The notes: generated by a model not told the origin, from the letters alone. A DNA stretch of 62,759 nt, filler included, from a bacterium (GCA_027063545.1; 17 parts of 17 records of this genome joined end to end with filler, not necessarily neighbours in it); one strand, 5' to 3'. Positions 41,616-53,316 are shown, numbered from the whole stretch's first letter. Made by a program: numbers and translations.

Positions 41616-41989
41616 AATACGAAGGCTTAAAAAAGTTTTTTATACTTATAGGCATTGTTGTTTTTCTAATATTAGGGTCTATTATTGGTATAATAAAAGA
41701 AAATAAATACAATATTCTAAAAAGGAAATTAAATAAAATTAAATATAAAAATGAAAAACTTATTACAATTCTAAATACAAAAAAATCAATTTTAGAAGAT
41801 AAACTTCTCTCTTCCAATATAGAAAAAAAAGCCAAAGAGATAGGACTTGTTTATCCAGATAAAGAATATAAAATCGTTTTTATAACACCTGGTATTAGAC
41901 CCAAGAATAAAGACAACAATAGCTTTTTTAACTTTGCAAAAATTAAAGAGAAATTTATCTCCCAAACATTTGCTAATACATTTAAATAG
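41612..41989 (+). CDS. ftsL: Cell division protein FtsL-like
   Basis: Single TM + coiled coil + IEKKAKEIGL; between rsmH and ftsI. Confidence 0.8.
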   Translation: MKYEGLKKFFILIGIVVFLILGSIIGIIKENKYNILKRKLNKIKYKNEKLITILNTKKSILEDKLLSSNIEKKAKEIGLVYPDKEYKIVFITPGIRPKNKDNNSFFNFAKIKEKFISQTFANTFK

Positions 41990-41991
41990 AT

Positions 41992-43866
41992 ATGGATAAT
42001 AAAACTATAAAAATTTTAGTAATTCTTTTAGTTATTATGTTTGGATATATTATATCTATAGGAAAATTAGCATATATTCAAATATATAAAAGAGAATATT
42101 ATATTAAATACGGGAAAAAGATTTACTGGAGAAGTAAACCTTTAATACCGCCAAGAGGGAATATATTTGATAGGGATTATGAAAATCTAACTTATAATAT
42201 CAAAGAAAAAAATAAATACACTAGAATATATCCTCTTCACTATCATGCAGGACAAATAGTTGGATTTGTAGGGAAAGATTATCAAGGTAAAAGTGGTATA
42301 GAGTTGAAATTTAATACCCAATTGAAAGGAACTGAAGGATGGATAGTATATGACAAATATAAATTTTTTGAAAAAATAAAAAAGCCTAAACAAGGAGATA
42401 ATATTGTTTTAACTATAGATAAGAAAATACAATATATAGCAGATGAAGAACTGGAAAAAGGTATAAATTTTACAAAAGCTGAACGAGGGGTTGTAATAAT
42501 ATCCAACCCCAAAACTGGGGAAATACTAGCTATGAGTTCTTATCCCTTTTTTGACCCCAATAATCCATATAAAAATTTAAAAAATTCTAAAAATTTAGGT
42601 ATCTCTTTAGTATATGAACCAGGATCTGTTTATAAAGTAATACCTGCTACTATTGCTTTAGAATATTTTTATTTCTATCCAAATGATATAATTCCTGAAA
42701 CAAAAAAAGGAATTTTAAGACTGTATGATGTAACAATCAGGGATCATGAAGTTTTTGGTAGAGATTTAACATTTGCAGAATGTTTGGTACACTCATCTAA
42801 TGTTGGTTTTGCCCTTATTGCTGAAAAAATAGGTCCTAAAAAATTATGGGAATATTCAATAGATTATGGGGTTGGTAGAAAAACAGGCATTGAACTTCCA
42901 GGAGAAGAAAAAGGGAAAATCAAAAATTATGGTGATAAAAGTTGGAGTAAGGTTGATCATTTATATATGGCTATTGGATATGGGGTTCAATTAACACCTA
43001 TACAAATCCTTACCATATATAATACTATTGCTAATGATGGGCTAAAAGTTAGACCTCATATTATAAAAGAAATAAGAAATCATAAAAATAGAATTATAAA
43101 AAAGTATGATACAAAATCTTGGGAAATGGATAAAATTGGAAGTAACCTCACATTTCAAAGATTAAAAGGTATGTTAAAAGGAGTTGTAGATTCAGGAACA
43201 GCCAGATTAGCCAAAATAGATGGTATAGAAATATGTGGTAAAACAGGAACAGCTGAAAAATATATAAATGGAAAATATTCCAAAAGTGCCCATTATACTA
43301 CTTTTGTGGGATTTTTACCTATGAAGAACCCTATACTTTCAATTATAGTTGTTCTTGATAATCCTAAGACTAATCAATATGCAGGTAGAACATCTGCTGT
43401 AATATTTAGAAATATTGTAAAAAGAATAATTACAGATCCAGAATTAGAATATTACGATATTATATATTCTTCAAAACTGGCTAAAAAAAACAAAAAAAAA
43501 TATCAAATACCTGATCTTATAGGAAAAGAAGTTCAAGAAGCTATTAAGATATTAAAACAGGAAAATATAAAATTCTCTCTTATAGGCAATGGTAATTATG
43601 TTGTTTCCCAGCTTCCTGAACCTAAATTAGTAAAAGAAAAACCTAAAAGTATAAAAATATTTTTAACTCCTAAAAATGAAATTAATGCAGAAAAATATAC
43701 ACCAAATGTTATCGGTTTAAGTATGCGAGAAGCTATTAGAATATTATTAAAAGAAGGATATAAACCTATTATAAAAGGTAGTGGCGTTGTTATTAAACAA
43801 ACTCCTCCACCCAAGACTAAATTTAAAAAAGATAAAAAAATAATACTTTTAGGGAGTGATAGTTAA
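41992..43866 (+). CDS. ftsI: Class B penicillin-binding protein FtsI with two PASTA domains
   Basis: EPGSVYK, SSNVG, GKTGTA; C-terminal IPDLIGK and PNVIGLSMREA repeats. Confidence 0.93.
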   Translation: MDNKTIKILVILLVIMFGYIISIGKLAYIQIYKREYYIKYGKKIYWRSKPLIPPRGNIFDRDYENLTYNIKEKNKYTRIYPLHYHAGQIVGFVGKDYQGKSGIELKFNTQLKGTEGWIVYDKYKFFEKIKKPKQGDNIVLTIDKKIQYIADEELEKGINFTKAERGVVIISNPKTGEILAMSSYPFFDPNNPYKNLKNSKNLGISLVYEPGSVYKVIPATIALEYFYFYPNDIIPETKKGILRLYDVTIRDHEVFGRDLTFAECLVHSSNVGFALIAEKIGPKKLWEYSIDYGVGRKTGIELPGEEKGKIKNYGDKSWSKVDHLYMAIGYGVQLTPIQILTIYNTIANDGLKVRPHIIKEIRNHKNRIIKKYDTKSWEMDKIGSNLTFQRLKGMLKGVVDSGTARLAKIDGIEICGKTGTAEKYINGKYSKSAHYTTFVGFLPMKNPILSIIVVLDNPKTNQYAGRTSAVIFRNIVKRIITDPELEYYDIIYSSKLAKKNKKKYQIPDLIGKEVQEAIKILKQENIKFSLIGNGNYVVSQLPEPKLVKEKPKSIKIFLTPKNEINAEKYTPNVIGLSMREAIRILLKEGYKPIIKGSGVVIKQTPPPKTKFKKDKKIILLGSDS

Positions 43867-45111
43867 TGAGGTTTTATAATATTATTAATCAATTAAAAGA
43901 AAAATTTTCAGATACTATTACAATAGAAGAAATTAATCTTTTTTTTGATTTTGAAGTAAGTGATATAATTTATAATAGTAAGGATACAAAAGAAAACTCT
44001 ATTTTTGTTGCTATTAAAGGATTAACTTCTGATGGCCATAACTTTATAAATGATGCTATAGATAAAGGCGCAAAAGCCATTTTTATAGAAGATAAAAATA
44101 TATTGCCAAATATAAAAGAAAATATTAATATTATATATACAAGTTCCTCAAGGAAAATACTTGCTGCCATCTCGAATATATTCTATAACTTTCCTTATAA
44201 AAATACGACACTTATAGGAATCACTGGAACAAATGGAAAAACTTCTATTGCTTTTTCTTTATATAATTACTTTTACAATTATAAAGATAGAAATTCTGGA
44301 CTAATTGGAACTATTTATTATAAAATAAATAACACAACTATTAAATCAAAAAATACTACACCAGAAAGCAAAGATTATATAAAACTATTAAAAGAAATGG
44401 TTGATAAAAAGGTTGAATATGTAAGTAGTGAAATATCTTCTCATGCTCTAAAATTAGATAGAGTATTTTCTATTGAATATGATGTTGCCATATTTACTAA
44501 CCTTACACGAGATCATTTAGATTTTCACACTGATATGGAAGATTATTATAATAGTAAAAAATTACTCTTTACCGATCATATAAAAAATAATGGTGTAAGT
44601 ATTATTAATATAGATAATGAATATGGAAAAAAACTTTTTAATGAATTAAATCGTAATAATAAATACCCTATTTCTATTAAAAATAAAAATGCATATTTCT
44701 ATATTTCTCAAATAGTTTTAACAGAAAATTTTTCAAACTATATTATTTCTATAAATAAAAGTCAAAATATTTCAATTACTACTAATCTAATAGGTGAATT
44801 TAATGTATACAATAGTGCTTTTATATTTGCGACTTTATATTTATTAGGCGAAAAAATAGAAGATATAACAGAATATCTTAAAGAAGTTCCTCCAATTCCA
44901 GGTAGATTAGAAAAAATAAAAAATAATATTAATAGACATATAATAATAGACTATGCTCATACCCCTGATGCTTTAGAAAATGTTTTAAAAACTATAAAGA
45001 AGCTTTCAAAGAAAAGAATTATCTCTGTTTTCGGCGCTGGTGGTGATAGAGATTCAGGAAAAAGACCATTAATGGGACAAGTAGCTGAAAAATATTCTGA
45101 TATTATTATTA
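43866..45111 (+). CDS. murE: UDP-MurNAc-tripeptide synthetase (3' truncated)
   Basis: GITGTNGKTS, TTPES, EISSHAL, NLTRDHLDFH, DYAHTPDAL, FGAGGDRD. Confidence 0.97.
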
Positions 45112-45211
45112 NNNNNNNNNNNNNNNNNNNNNNNNNNNNNNNNNNNNNNNNNNNNTTAATTAATTAANNNNNNNNNNNNNNNNNNNNNNNNNNNNNNNNN
45201 NNNNNNNNNNN

Positions 45212-46356
45212 CCATATGAAAAAGAAATAGGATGAGTATAATGGGTCATTCTTAAATATCCGTCAAAAACATGATGAGCATATACCCAAGGCTCAACTCT
45301 AGTATAATCTAAAGCCAATAAATAATAATAATCTTTATTTAATTTCTTTAAATATCCAATTCCTGTAGATAAAGCCCATTTATCAGACCACCAATCAGAA
45401 GTAAAATACTTATATAGATTAACAGTTGTCATATCATCAACAAAAACTCCTAAATATACCTTAAATCCATTTTTATATAAAGTAATATCTCCTCCTAATG
45501 CTTTGTTATCTTGATCTCCATAATAATGCTCTGCTAAAACAAATGGAACAACTGGGAAAACATACATAGGAACAAATCTATCCATAAACATAACGCCTTC
45601 ATAAAATCCAATATTTATAAAAGAAAATACTGGAAATTCAAGTCTATGAAATGCAAAATATTTATTCAAAAGAAGTGTATCTGTTATTAAAAATAGAAGT
45701 CCCCAACTATATTTAAATCTGGAAATATTATAGGAGGCAATGTAATAATCATAAGATAAAGAGCTATCACTTAAAAATATATTATCAAAAAATGAAGGAC
45801 CTATAGATAAACTATTATGCCCTAAATCAACTTGAAAATCTTTAGAAATATCTATATTTAAACTCCATATAGGCCTATCATAAAGTTTTACATTATTTGA
45901 ATCCTCCCCAGTTTTGTTGGTTTCTATATTATAATAAGGTTCTGTATAAGAATCCCATTTCCAAAATTTAAAAACATCTCTATTATACTCTAATCTATTA
46001 TTTTTAAAGTCTCCCCAGAATTCTATTTTCTTTGTTTTTAATCCTATTATTAAAGAATAAAAGCCATAATTCCCCTTTAAAGAAAAATCTTTTCTAAGAT
46101 CTCCTCCCATTGAAATTCCTGTTAATATAAATGTATTTGTATCTCTTACTTTGTAAAAAAAACCATCCTCTATAGGCATTTTTATATTTATATCAAGTTC
46201 TTTTAATTTTAAAGGATAAATCTCTGAATTTTTAGGTATAAGTTTTGTATACAAATCTGAGTAATAATAATGATAATTTGTCCTTACATTAAGAATCTCT
46301 TGAGAGTATAAAAAACTGAAAAAAACTAATATAAAAAGAATAATTTTCTTTACCAT
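45212..46356 (-). CDS. Wzi-like outer-membrane beta-barrel protein (3' truncated)
   Basis: Signal peptide; GPS...LSDS, YFAFHRLE, GFYEGV, GDQDN, DYTRVEPWVYAH. Confidence 0.6.
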
Positions 46357-47099
46357 CTTACCATCTGAACATTTTCTATTGGTTCATTAAATAGATAATA
46401 ACCAACTTTTTTAAATTTTTCAACCTCATTTGATACATAAAATCTTATAAAACCTTTCTCCTTTTTATCATTTAAAAGATTTTTCTCTTCTAAACTTTTC
46501 TTTAAGAATTTAGCTGTAGTTTGTGCTGAATCAACTATTTTTACATCATTACCTATAAACTCTTGAATTAAATCTTTAATCACAGGGTAATGAGTACAAC
46601 CAAGTATTAAAGTATCTATACCACTCCCCTTTAAATCTTTTAAATACTCTTCAACTACAAGTTTTGTTACCTTATGATCTATCCAACCCTCTTCTATCAA
46701 AGGAACAAAAAGAGGGCATGCCTTTGAAAAGACCTTAACATCTTTATCTAAATTCTTAAGACCTCTTGTATAGCTTCCACTTTCTATTGTTCCTACTGTT
46801 CCAATTACACCTATTTTTTTATTTTTTGTATGAGATAATCCTGTTATTACACCCGGTTCTATTACACCCATAATATTCACATCCGGAAATTCCTCTCTTA
46901 AAAAATCTAAGGCTAAGCTTGAAGCTGTATTACAAGCAACAACAATATATTTAACATCAAATTCTAGTAGAAATTTTACAATATCATAAGAGTATTTTTC
47001 GATAATATCCTTTGAACGTGGGCCATAAGGTGCTCTTGCTGTATCACCAAAATATATTAAATCTTCATTTGGAAGAAGTCTTTTTATCTCTTTTAAAAC
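46350..47099 (-). CDS. murI: Glutamate racemase (5' truncated)
   Basis: YFGDTARAPYG and VACNTAS upstream of the track ORF; LILGCTHYP. Confidence 0.96.
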   Translation of the reverse strand, partial: VLKEIKRLLPNEDLIYFGDTARAPYGPRSKDIIEKYSYDIVKFLLEFDVKYIVVACNTASSLALDFLREEFPDVNIMGVIEPGVITGLSHTKNKKIGVIGTVGTIESGSYTRGLKNLDKDVKVFSKACPLFVPLIEEGWIDHKVTKLVVEEYLKDLKGSGIDTLILGCTHYPVIKDLIQEFIGNDVKIVDSAQTTAKFLKKSLEEKNLLNDKKEKGFIRFYVSNEVEKFKKVGYYLFNEPIENVQMVRW

Positions 47100-47199
47100 N
47101 NNNNNNNNNNNNNNNNNNNNNNNNNNNNNNNNNNNNNNNNNNNTTAATTAATTAANNNNNNNNNNNNNNNNNNNNNNNNNNNNNNNNNNNNNNNNNNNN

Positions 47200-47428
47200 A
47201 TCAGATGTAATCTCTTTAAATAATCAATCATTATTTTTATTCTTATTTACAGAAACACCTAAAAAAGGTGGAAATGTTATAATTAATAGATTAAAAGATA
47301 AAATTTATAATTTAATCAAAGATAATTTTAAGCTTAATATAGAGATATCTACTAATATAATAGAAATAAACAAAAATTCTGAAATATCTGAAATTTTTGA
47401 AAGAATAAAAAATTATATAACAACATAA
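47200..47428 (+). CDS. C-terminal fragment of a degenerate GGDEF-like domain
   Basis: Hand translation SDVISLNNQSLFLFLFTETPKKGGNVIINRLKDKI follows GGDEF spacing but lacks GG(D/E)EF. Confidence 0.45.
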
Positions 47429-47438
47429 TTAAATAAAA

Positions 47439-48749
47439 ATGATAGATTTTATTTATAGTATTTACAACTTTCTAAATTATATCACGCTTGGAAAATTTTT
47501 AAGAATCTTCTGGTTTTTTTTTATATTTGATTTTTTAAGATATACCCTTTTTGATATTATTATCTTAATAACCAAAAAAGCTCATAAAAATAGCTTTGCT
47601 ATAGAAAAAGCTAAAAAAGAACTATTTGCTCAAAAGCCATTAGTCTCTATAATTGTACCAGGAAAAAATGAAGGAAAACATATCCCAAAATTAATTGAAT
47701 CATTAGAAAATCAGACTTATAAAAATTTTGAAATTATTATTATTGATGATGGATCTGACGATGATACCTATCAAATATGTTCATACCTATATAGTATTGG
47801 TAAAATAGATAAATATTTAAGAAATGAGATTAGGGGAGGAAAAGCTTCAGCAGCTAATTTTGGCTTACGATTTGCAGATGGGGAATATATAATACATCTA
47901 GATGCAGATTCATATTTAGAGTTTGATGCTATTGAAAATATTATTATACCATTTTTTATGGATAAAAAAATAGGAGCTGTTGGGGGTGATATAAGAGTGG
48001 CCAACTATAATGAAAATATATTAACTTCTCTTCAAGCTATAGAATATATAAAATCAATATCTATAGGAAGAGAAGTAACAAGTTTTTTAGGAATTTTAAG
48101 GGTAATATCAGGGGCTTTTGGTGCTTTTCGTAAAGATATTCTTAATAGAATTGGAGGATGGGATATAGGCCCAGGTCTTGATGGAGATATTACTATAAGA
48201 ATAAGAAAATTAGGAGCTAAAGTAACATTCACATCCTCAGCTATTTGTTATACAAATGTTCCTACTAATATAAAATCTTTAACCAAACAAAGATATAGAT
48301 GGGATAGATCTCTTATAAGATTTAGATTACGACGTCATAGAGATATACTTATGCCAGATGAACATTTTAATCCTTTAAACTTTTTAACCTTTCTTGATAA
48401 TATATGGTTTAATTTAATAATGACAATAAATTTTTGGATATATATGTTTGATATTTTTAATAACTTTTTGAGTTATATCAATATTATTTTTGTTGTAAAT
48501 TATTTTTTATATTTATTTACTGATATTATACAATTTGTTGTAGCTCTTTCTGTTATACCGAGAAGTTTTAAATTTTTTAACCTGATTATATATATACCTC
48601 TTCTACCATTTTATATGGGTATTTATCTAAGAATAATTAGGACATATGCATATTTTATGGAATTTTTCTTTAAAGCTTCATATAAAGACCCTTGGAATCC
48701 TTGGAAGGTTTCTAAAAAAGTTGTAGAGGTTGATTTTCAAAATAAATAG
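47439..48749 (+). CDS. Processive membrane GT2 polysaccharide synthase (IcaA/PgaC/HasA-like)
   Basis: IVPGKNE, DDGSDD, GGKASA, DAD, SGAFGAFR, QRYRW; N- and C-terminal TMs. Confidence 0.9.
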   Translation: MIDFIYSIYNFLNYITLGKFLRIFWFFFIFDFLRYTLFDIIILITKKAHKNSFAIEKAKKELFAQKPLVSIIVPGKNEGKHIPKLIESLENQTYKNFEIIIIDDGSDDDTYQICSYLYSIGKIDKYLRNEIRGGKASAANFGLRFADGEYIIHLDADSYLEFDAIENIIIPFFMDKKIGAVGGDIRVANYNENILTSLQAIEYIKSISIGREVTSFLGILRVISGAFGAFRKDILNRIGGWDIGPGLDGDITIRIRKLGAKVTFTSSAICYTNVPTNIKSLTKQRYRWDRSLIRFRLRRHRDILMPDEHFNPLNFLTFLDNIWFNLIMTINFWIYMFDIFNNFLSYINIIFVVNYFLYLFTDIIQFVVALSVIPRSFKFFNLIIYIPLLPFYMGIYLRIIRTYAYFMEFFFKASYKDPWNPWKVSKKVVEVDFQNK

Positions 48750-48774
48750 TTATATGATAACAGGAGGAAAAATA

Positions 48775-49087
48775 ATGAATTTGAATATTGAAAATTTTTT
48801 TAAAAATAAAGGTAAAAACAACATCATTATTGTAGGGTTAGGATATGTCGGGCTTCCTCTTTTAATGACATTTAACAAAAAATATAATGTTATTGGCTTT
48901 GATTTAAATAAAGAAAGAATAGAAGAGTTAAAAAATAATTATGACAGAACCGAGCAAATCTCAGAAGAAGAATTAAAAAAGGCAAATATAAAATTCTCAA
49001 ATGATCCTTCTATATTAAAAAAGGGGAAAATATTTATTATCACAGTTCCTACACCTATTACCAAAGAGACAAATCCTGATCTATCAT
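48775..49087 (+). CDS. UDP-sugar (UDP-glucose/GDP-mannose family) dehydrogenase, N-terminal part
   Basis: SD AGGAGG; VGLGYVGLPL, GFDL, ITVPTPI...PDL. Confidence 0.9.
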
Positions 49088-49187
49088 NNNNNNNNNNNNN
49101 NNNNNNNNNNNNNNNNNNNNNNNNNNNNNNNTTAATTAATTAANNNNNNNNNNNNNNNNNNNNNNNNNNNNNNNNNNNNNNNNNNNN

Positions 49188-49642
49188 TTAATGAAATAAA
49201 AACTTATATAAAAAATGTGTATCCCGTAGAAGGAAGACTATCATATTTTTACATAAATGATAATTTAATTATTGATGATTCTTACAATGCTAACTATAAT
49301 TCTATAATTAATCTTATAAAAACTGTTGATACAATAAGAGGATATAACAATAAATATATTATCCTTGGTGAAATGTTAGAACTGGGAGAAAAAGAAGAAG
49401 AACTTCATAAAAAATTGGTTAATAATATAAAAGAGTACAAAAAAATAAACTTTATTTTAAAAGGAGAAATTTATAAAAAATTAACAAATAACTCGAATAA
49501 TATTAAGATTTTGAATACAAATGAAGAAATTATAAACGAAATTAATAATATTCTTAAGTTAAAGAATAATATAATAGCCTTTAAAGGATCTCATGCAACA
49601 GAAATATATAAAATAGTAAATACTATTAAGGAGAGGATATAA
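49188..49642 (+). CDS. murF: MurF C-terminal part
   Basis: GRL, IDDSYNAN, ILGEMLELG, FKGSH; upstream of mraY. Confidence 0.9.
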
Positions 49643-49643
49643 A

Positions 49644-50732
49644 ATGCTTTATTTTTTACTTTATCCGTTAAAAGATATTTTCTCCATTTTTAATGTGTTG
49701 CAATATATAACTTTTAGGGCTGTAAGTGCTACTCTTACATCTATAATAATAAGTTTATTCTTTGGTAGGTATATAATTGAAAAATTAAAAGAATTACAGA
49801 TTGAAGAAAGTATAAGAAATGATGGACCTGCTACTCATTTAAAAAAGATTGGTACTCCTACCATGGGAGGTATTATAATTTTAATAAGTGTGCTGGTATC
49901 TACTATCTTATGGGCAAGACTTGACAATATGTATATCATTACCATTTTAGTAGGTACTACTATGATGGGTATTCTTGGAATAATTGATGATTATATTAAA
50001 ATAAAATTAAAAAATAAAAAAGGATTAATACCTAGGTATAAATTTTTAGGTCAAATATTAACAGCTATTATTATAACATATTTAATGTATAAACTTCCTA
50101 TTAGTAAAGAACTAATTACAAAAACAAGTATACCTTTAATGAAAAATGTTCTTCTAAACTATGGTATATTTTTTATTCCTGCTGTAATATTTATTATAGT
50201 AGGAGCATCAAATGCTGTAAATATAACAGATGGACTGGATGGTCTAGCAATTGGATTAATAGCTATCTCTTTTGTTGGACTTTCCATATTAGCATATATA
50301 AGTGGAAATATAAAAGCAGCTTCATATTTACATATGTTATATCTCCCTGGAAGTGGTGAACTTACTATATTTACTATGTCTATTATAGGAGCTAGTTTAG
50401 GATTTTTGTGGTATAACTCCCATCCTGCATCTGTTTTTATGGGAGATACTGGGAGTTTAGCTCTAGGTGGAGCTTTAGGTATTACAGCAATACTATTAAA
50501 AAAGGAATTATTTTTGATCATTTTAGGTGGTGTTTTTATTATAGAGACTCTTTCTGTTATATTACAAGTAGGATCATACAAGTTAAGAAATAAAAAAAGA
50601 ATATTTAAAATGGCTCCTATACACCACCATTTTGAACTATCAGGATGGCATGAGAATAAAGTTGTTGTTAGATTTTGGATTATAGGTATAATGCTGCTAT
50701 TGTTAACACTTGCAATAATTAAAGTTCAATAA
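49644..50732 (+). CDS. mraY: Phospho-N-acetylmuramoyl-pentapeptide transferase
   Basis: GTPTMGG, DDY, NAVNITDGLDGL, FMGDTGS, MAPIHHHFE. Confidence 0.98.
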   Translation: MLYFLLYPLKDIFSIFNVLQYITFRAVSATLTSIIISLFFGRYIIEKLKELQIEESIRNDGPATHLKKIGTPTMGGIIILISVLVSTILWARLDNMYIITILVGTTMMGILGIIDDYIKIKLKNKKGLIPRYKFLGQILTAIIITYLMYKLPISKELITKTSIPLMKNVLLNYGIFFIPAVIFIIVGASNAVNITDGLDGLAIGLIAISFVGLSILAYISGNIKAASYLHMLYLPGSGELTIFTMSIIGASLGFLWYNSHPASVFMGDTGSLALGGALGITAILLKKELFLIILGGVFIIETLSVILQVGSYKLRNKKRIFKMAPIHHHFELSGWHENKVVVRFWIIGIMLLLLTLAIIKVQ

Positions 50733-50748
50733 TTGAGGGAAATTTAAT

Positions 50749-51066
50749 ATGAATATAATATATGAATTAAAAAACAAAAAAATTGCCGTTTTAGGAGTTG
50801 GGCTTACGGGTAGTGCGTTTATAGACTATCTCCTATATAATAAAATTTACAATTTTGAGTGTTTTGATGAATTTGAAATTAAAAAAGAAATTAAAGAAAA
50901 ATTAGATAAATTTAATATAAAGTATAATAAGATTGATTTAAATAAGGATTCTCTCTTAGATTTTGATTTAATTTTTATATCCCCAGGTATTGATAGGCGA
51001 AAAAAAGCTATTAAAGAAGCAATAGAAAGAAATATTGAAATTGTAAATGATATAGAGTTAGTTTAT
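50749..51066 (+). CDS. murD: MurD N-terminal part
   Basis: IAVLGVGLTG, FISPGI, NDIEL; follows mraY. Confidence 0.9.
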
Positions 51067-51166
51067 NNNNNNNNNNNNNNNNNNNNNNNNNNNNNNNNNN
51101 NNNNNNNNNNTTAATTAATTAANNNNNNNNNNNNNNNNNNNNNNNNNNNNNNNNNNNNNNNNNNNN

Positions 51167-51979
51167 GTTTACTTTTCTATAGGACTCTTTAAAAAAACTG
51201 TAATTGCAGACACTTTTGCTATTGTCGCTAATTATGGATTTAGATATACAAATAGTCTTTCAACTATTGATGCTATAGTTGTAATTTTGGCATATACTTT
51301 TCAAATATACTTTGATTTTAGTGGTTATAGTGATATGGCAATAAGCCTAGGACGGTTTTTTAATATAAAACTTCCAATAAACTTTAATTCTCCTTATAAA
51401 AGTTTAAATATCCAAGAATTCTGGAGAAGATGGCATATAACACTTTTTAGATTTCTTAGGGATTACATATATATTCCTCTTGGAGGAAATAGAGTCTCTA
51501 AAGTAAAAACATATATAAATATCTTTATTACATTCTTAATTGGAGGAATATGGCATGGTGCTGGCTGGACCTTTATTATATGGGGAATTCTTCACTCTTT
51601 TGCCCTTATTTTAAATAGGATATTTAAAGAGTTTAAAATAACATTAAATAAATATATCTCTTGGGCTTTAACATTCTCTTTTGTTGTTTTTACCTGGATA
51701 TTCTTTAGAGCAAAAGATTTAAAAGAGGCTTTTAATATTATAAATGCTCTACTCTCATTTAGTTTTTATCATAAACTATACTATATCAAAACAACACATT
51801 ATAAAATTTATTTACTTATCTTAATGGGCTTTATTATATCGCTTTTATTTAAGAACTCAAATGAAATTATTGAAAACTTAAATATAAGTCAAAAAACAGC
51901 AATTATATTTGGGGTAATATTTGCTATAGGTGTTTTATTTGTAAATAGAACAAGTGAGTTTATTTATTTTAATTTTTAA
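51167..51979 (+). CDS. MBOAT O-acyltransferase (AlgI/PatA/DltB family), 5' truncated
   Basis: GLFKKTVIAD, QIYFDFSGYSDMA, FWRRWHITL, GIWHGAGW, EFIYFNF. Confidence 0.95.
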   Translation, partial: VYFSIGLFKKTVIADTFAIVANYGFRYTNSLSTIDAIVVILAYTFQIYFDFSGYSDMAISLGRFFNIKLPINFNSPYKSLNIQEFWRRWHITLFRFLRDYIYIPLGGNRVSKVKTYINIFITFLIGGIWHGAGWTFIIWGILHSFALILNRIFKEFKITLNKYISWALTFSFVVFTWIFFRAKDLKEAFNIINALLSFSFYHKLYYIKTTHYKIYLLILMGFIISLLFKNSNEIIENLNISQKTAIIFGVIFAIGVLFVNRTSEFIYFNF

Positions 51980-51983
51980 AAAT

Positions 51984-52896
51984 ATGGAAAAAGAAATTAA
52001 ATGGATTAAAACTTTCTTTTTAACGGCCTTTTTTATTTTATTTTCGATTATTCTATTTAACATTTTAATAGATCCATTTGGGTTATATAGAATTTCTAAA
52101 TTTATCTGCTTTAATACTGAGAATGAAATCTATTTAAATGGAACATTAATAAAACACTTTAAACCCAATTCTTTAATCCTTGGTACATCAATGGTTGAAA
52201 ATTTTATTATATCAGAGGTTGAAGATAAACTTGGATTTAAAAATTGTTTAAAACTCTCTTTATCTGGGTCTACAATCTATCAGCAATCTCTTATGTTTAA
52301 CTATGCTAAAAAATACAATCATATCGATGAGGTTCTATGGGGTATTGATATATTCTCTTTTTCAAAAAAAGATAATAAACTTTATAAGGATTTCCCCTAC
52401 TATTTATATAACAATAAAATAATAGATGACTATAAATATCTACTCTCTCCAAATACTACAAAAACATCTATAAAAAACCTTCTAAAATATATTACCAATA
52501 AAAATAGTATATGTTTTGATATGAATAGAATGTACGAATGGCAGCATGTATATGAAGGAAAATTTAAAGAAAAATTACTATAATTTTTTTCTTCCTATTA
52601 TAAAAGAAAATTCTAATACCGAATTTATTCTATTTTTTCCGCCTTACAGTTATTTAACATATAGAGTGTTAGAAGAAAAAGGTGTTTTAAAAAATTATTT
52701 AGAATTTAAAAAATTCTTAAAAAAAGATTTGCTTAAATATAAAAATGTAAAATTATATGATTTTCAAAACGATTCAAGTATTATTTATAATCTTGAGCTT
52801 TACAAAGATATAACCCATTATCATCAAAAAATCACTTCAAAAATACTAGACTACATCAAAGAAAATAAATTTTTGGTAACTAATGCAAATAAATAA
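51984..52896 (+). pseudogene. MBOAT-associated exported (SGNH-like) protein split by a frameshift at ~52546-52583
   Basis: First ORF has TM, IDPFG and LGTS; overlapping second ORF has FFPPYS and YKDITHY, as expected for one SGNH-like protein. Confidence 0.6.
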
Positions 52897-52915
52897 CAAT
52901 TTCTATTAAATCCAT

Positions 52916-53045
52916 TTAAAACTTAGGAAAAAATGGACCGCCATATATCCCTATATCATTTCTTGTTGAATCCTCATCTAAATAATTCTCTCCTGGAATA
53001 CCCCTATCTATACAAGGAGAATAAGGAGAAAGTAAATACTCACCC
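52916..53045 (-). CDS. C-terminal fragment of a secreted beta-helix protein (choice-of-anchor Q-like tail)
   Basis: Hand translation SPYSPCIDRGIPGENYLDEDSTRNDIGIYGGPF. Confidence 0.6.
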
Positions 53046-53316
53046 NNNNNNNNNNNNNNNNNNNNNNNNNNNNNNNNNNNNNNNNNNNNTTAATTAATTA
53101 ANNNNNNNNNNNNNNNNNNNNNNNNNNNNNNNNNNNNNNNNNNNNATAATCTTTAAACTTTTTTAAATTATCTAAAAGCTGAGAAAAATCCTCTTCAATA
53201 TTATTTACAATAAAATTAGAACTCTTATTAAAAATTTTGGTTATTTCCTTCATATCCATATGGACTCCTAATTTTTTAATCACTTAATTTCTGTAGTCTA
53301 TATAAATATAAAATTA

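Noticed and set aside
43490-43866. PASTA domains on FtsI in a diderm
   Set aside because: Known in several diderm lineages; not novel on its own
50159-50581. 140-aa minus-strand ORF
   Set aside because: Antisense shadow of mraY; the same applies to most 60-105 aa opposite-strand ORFs in the track
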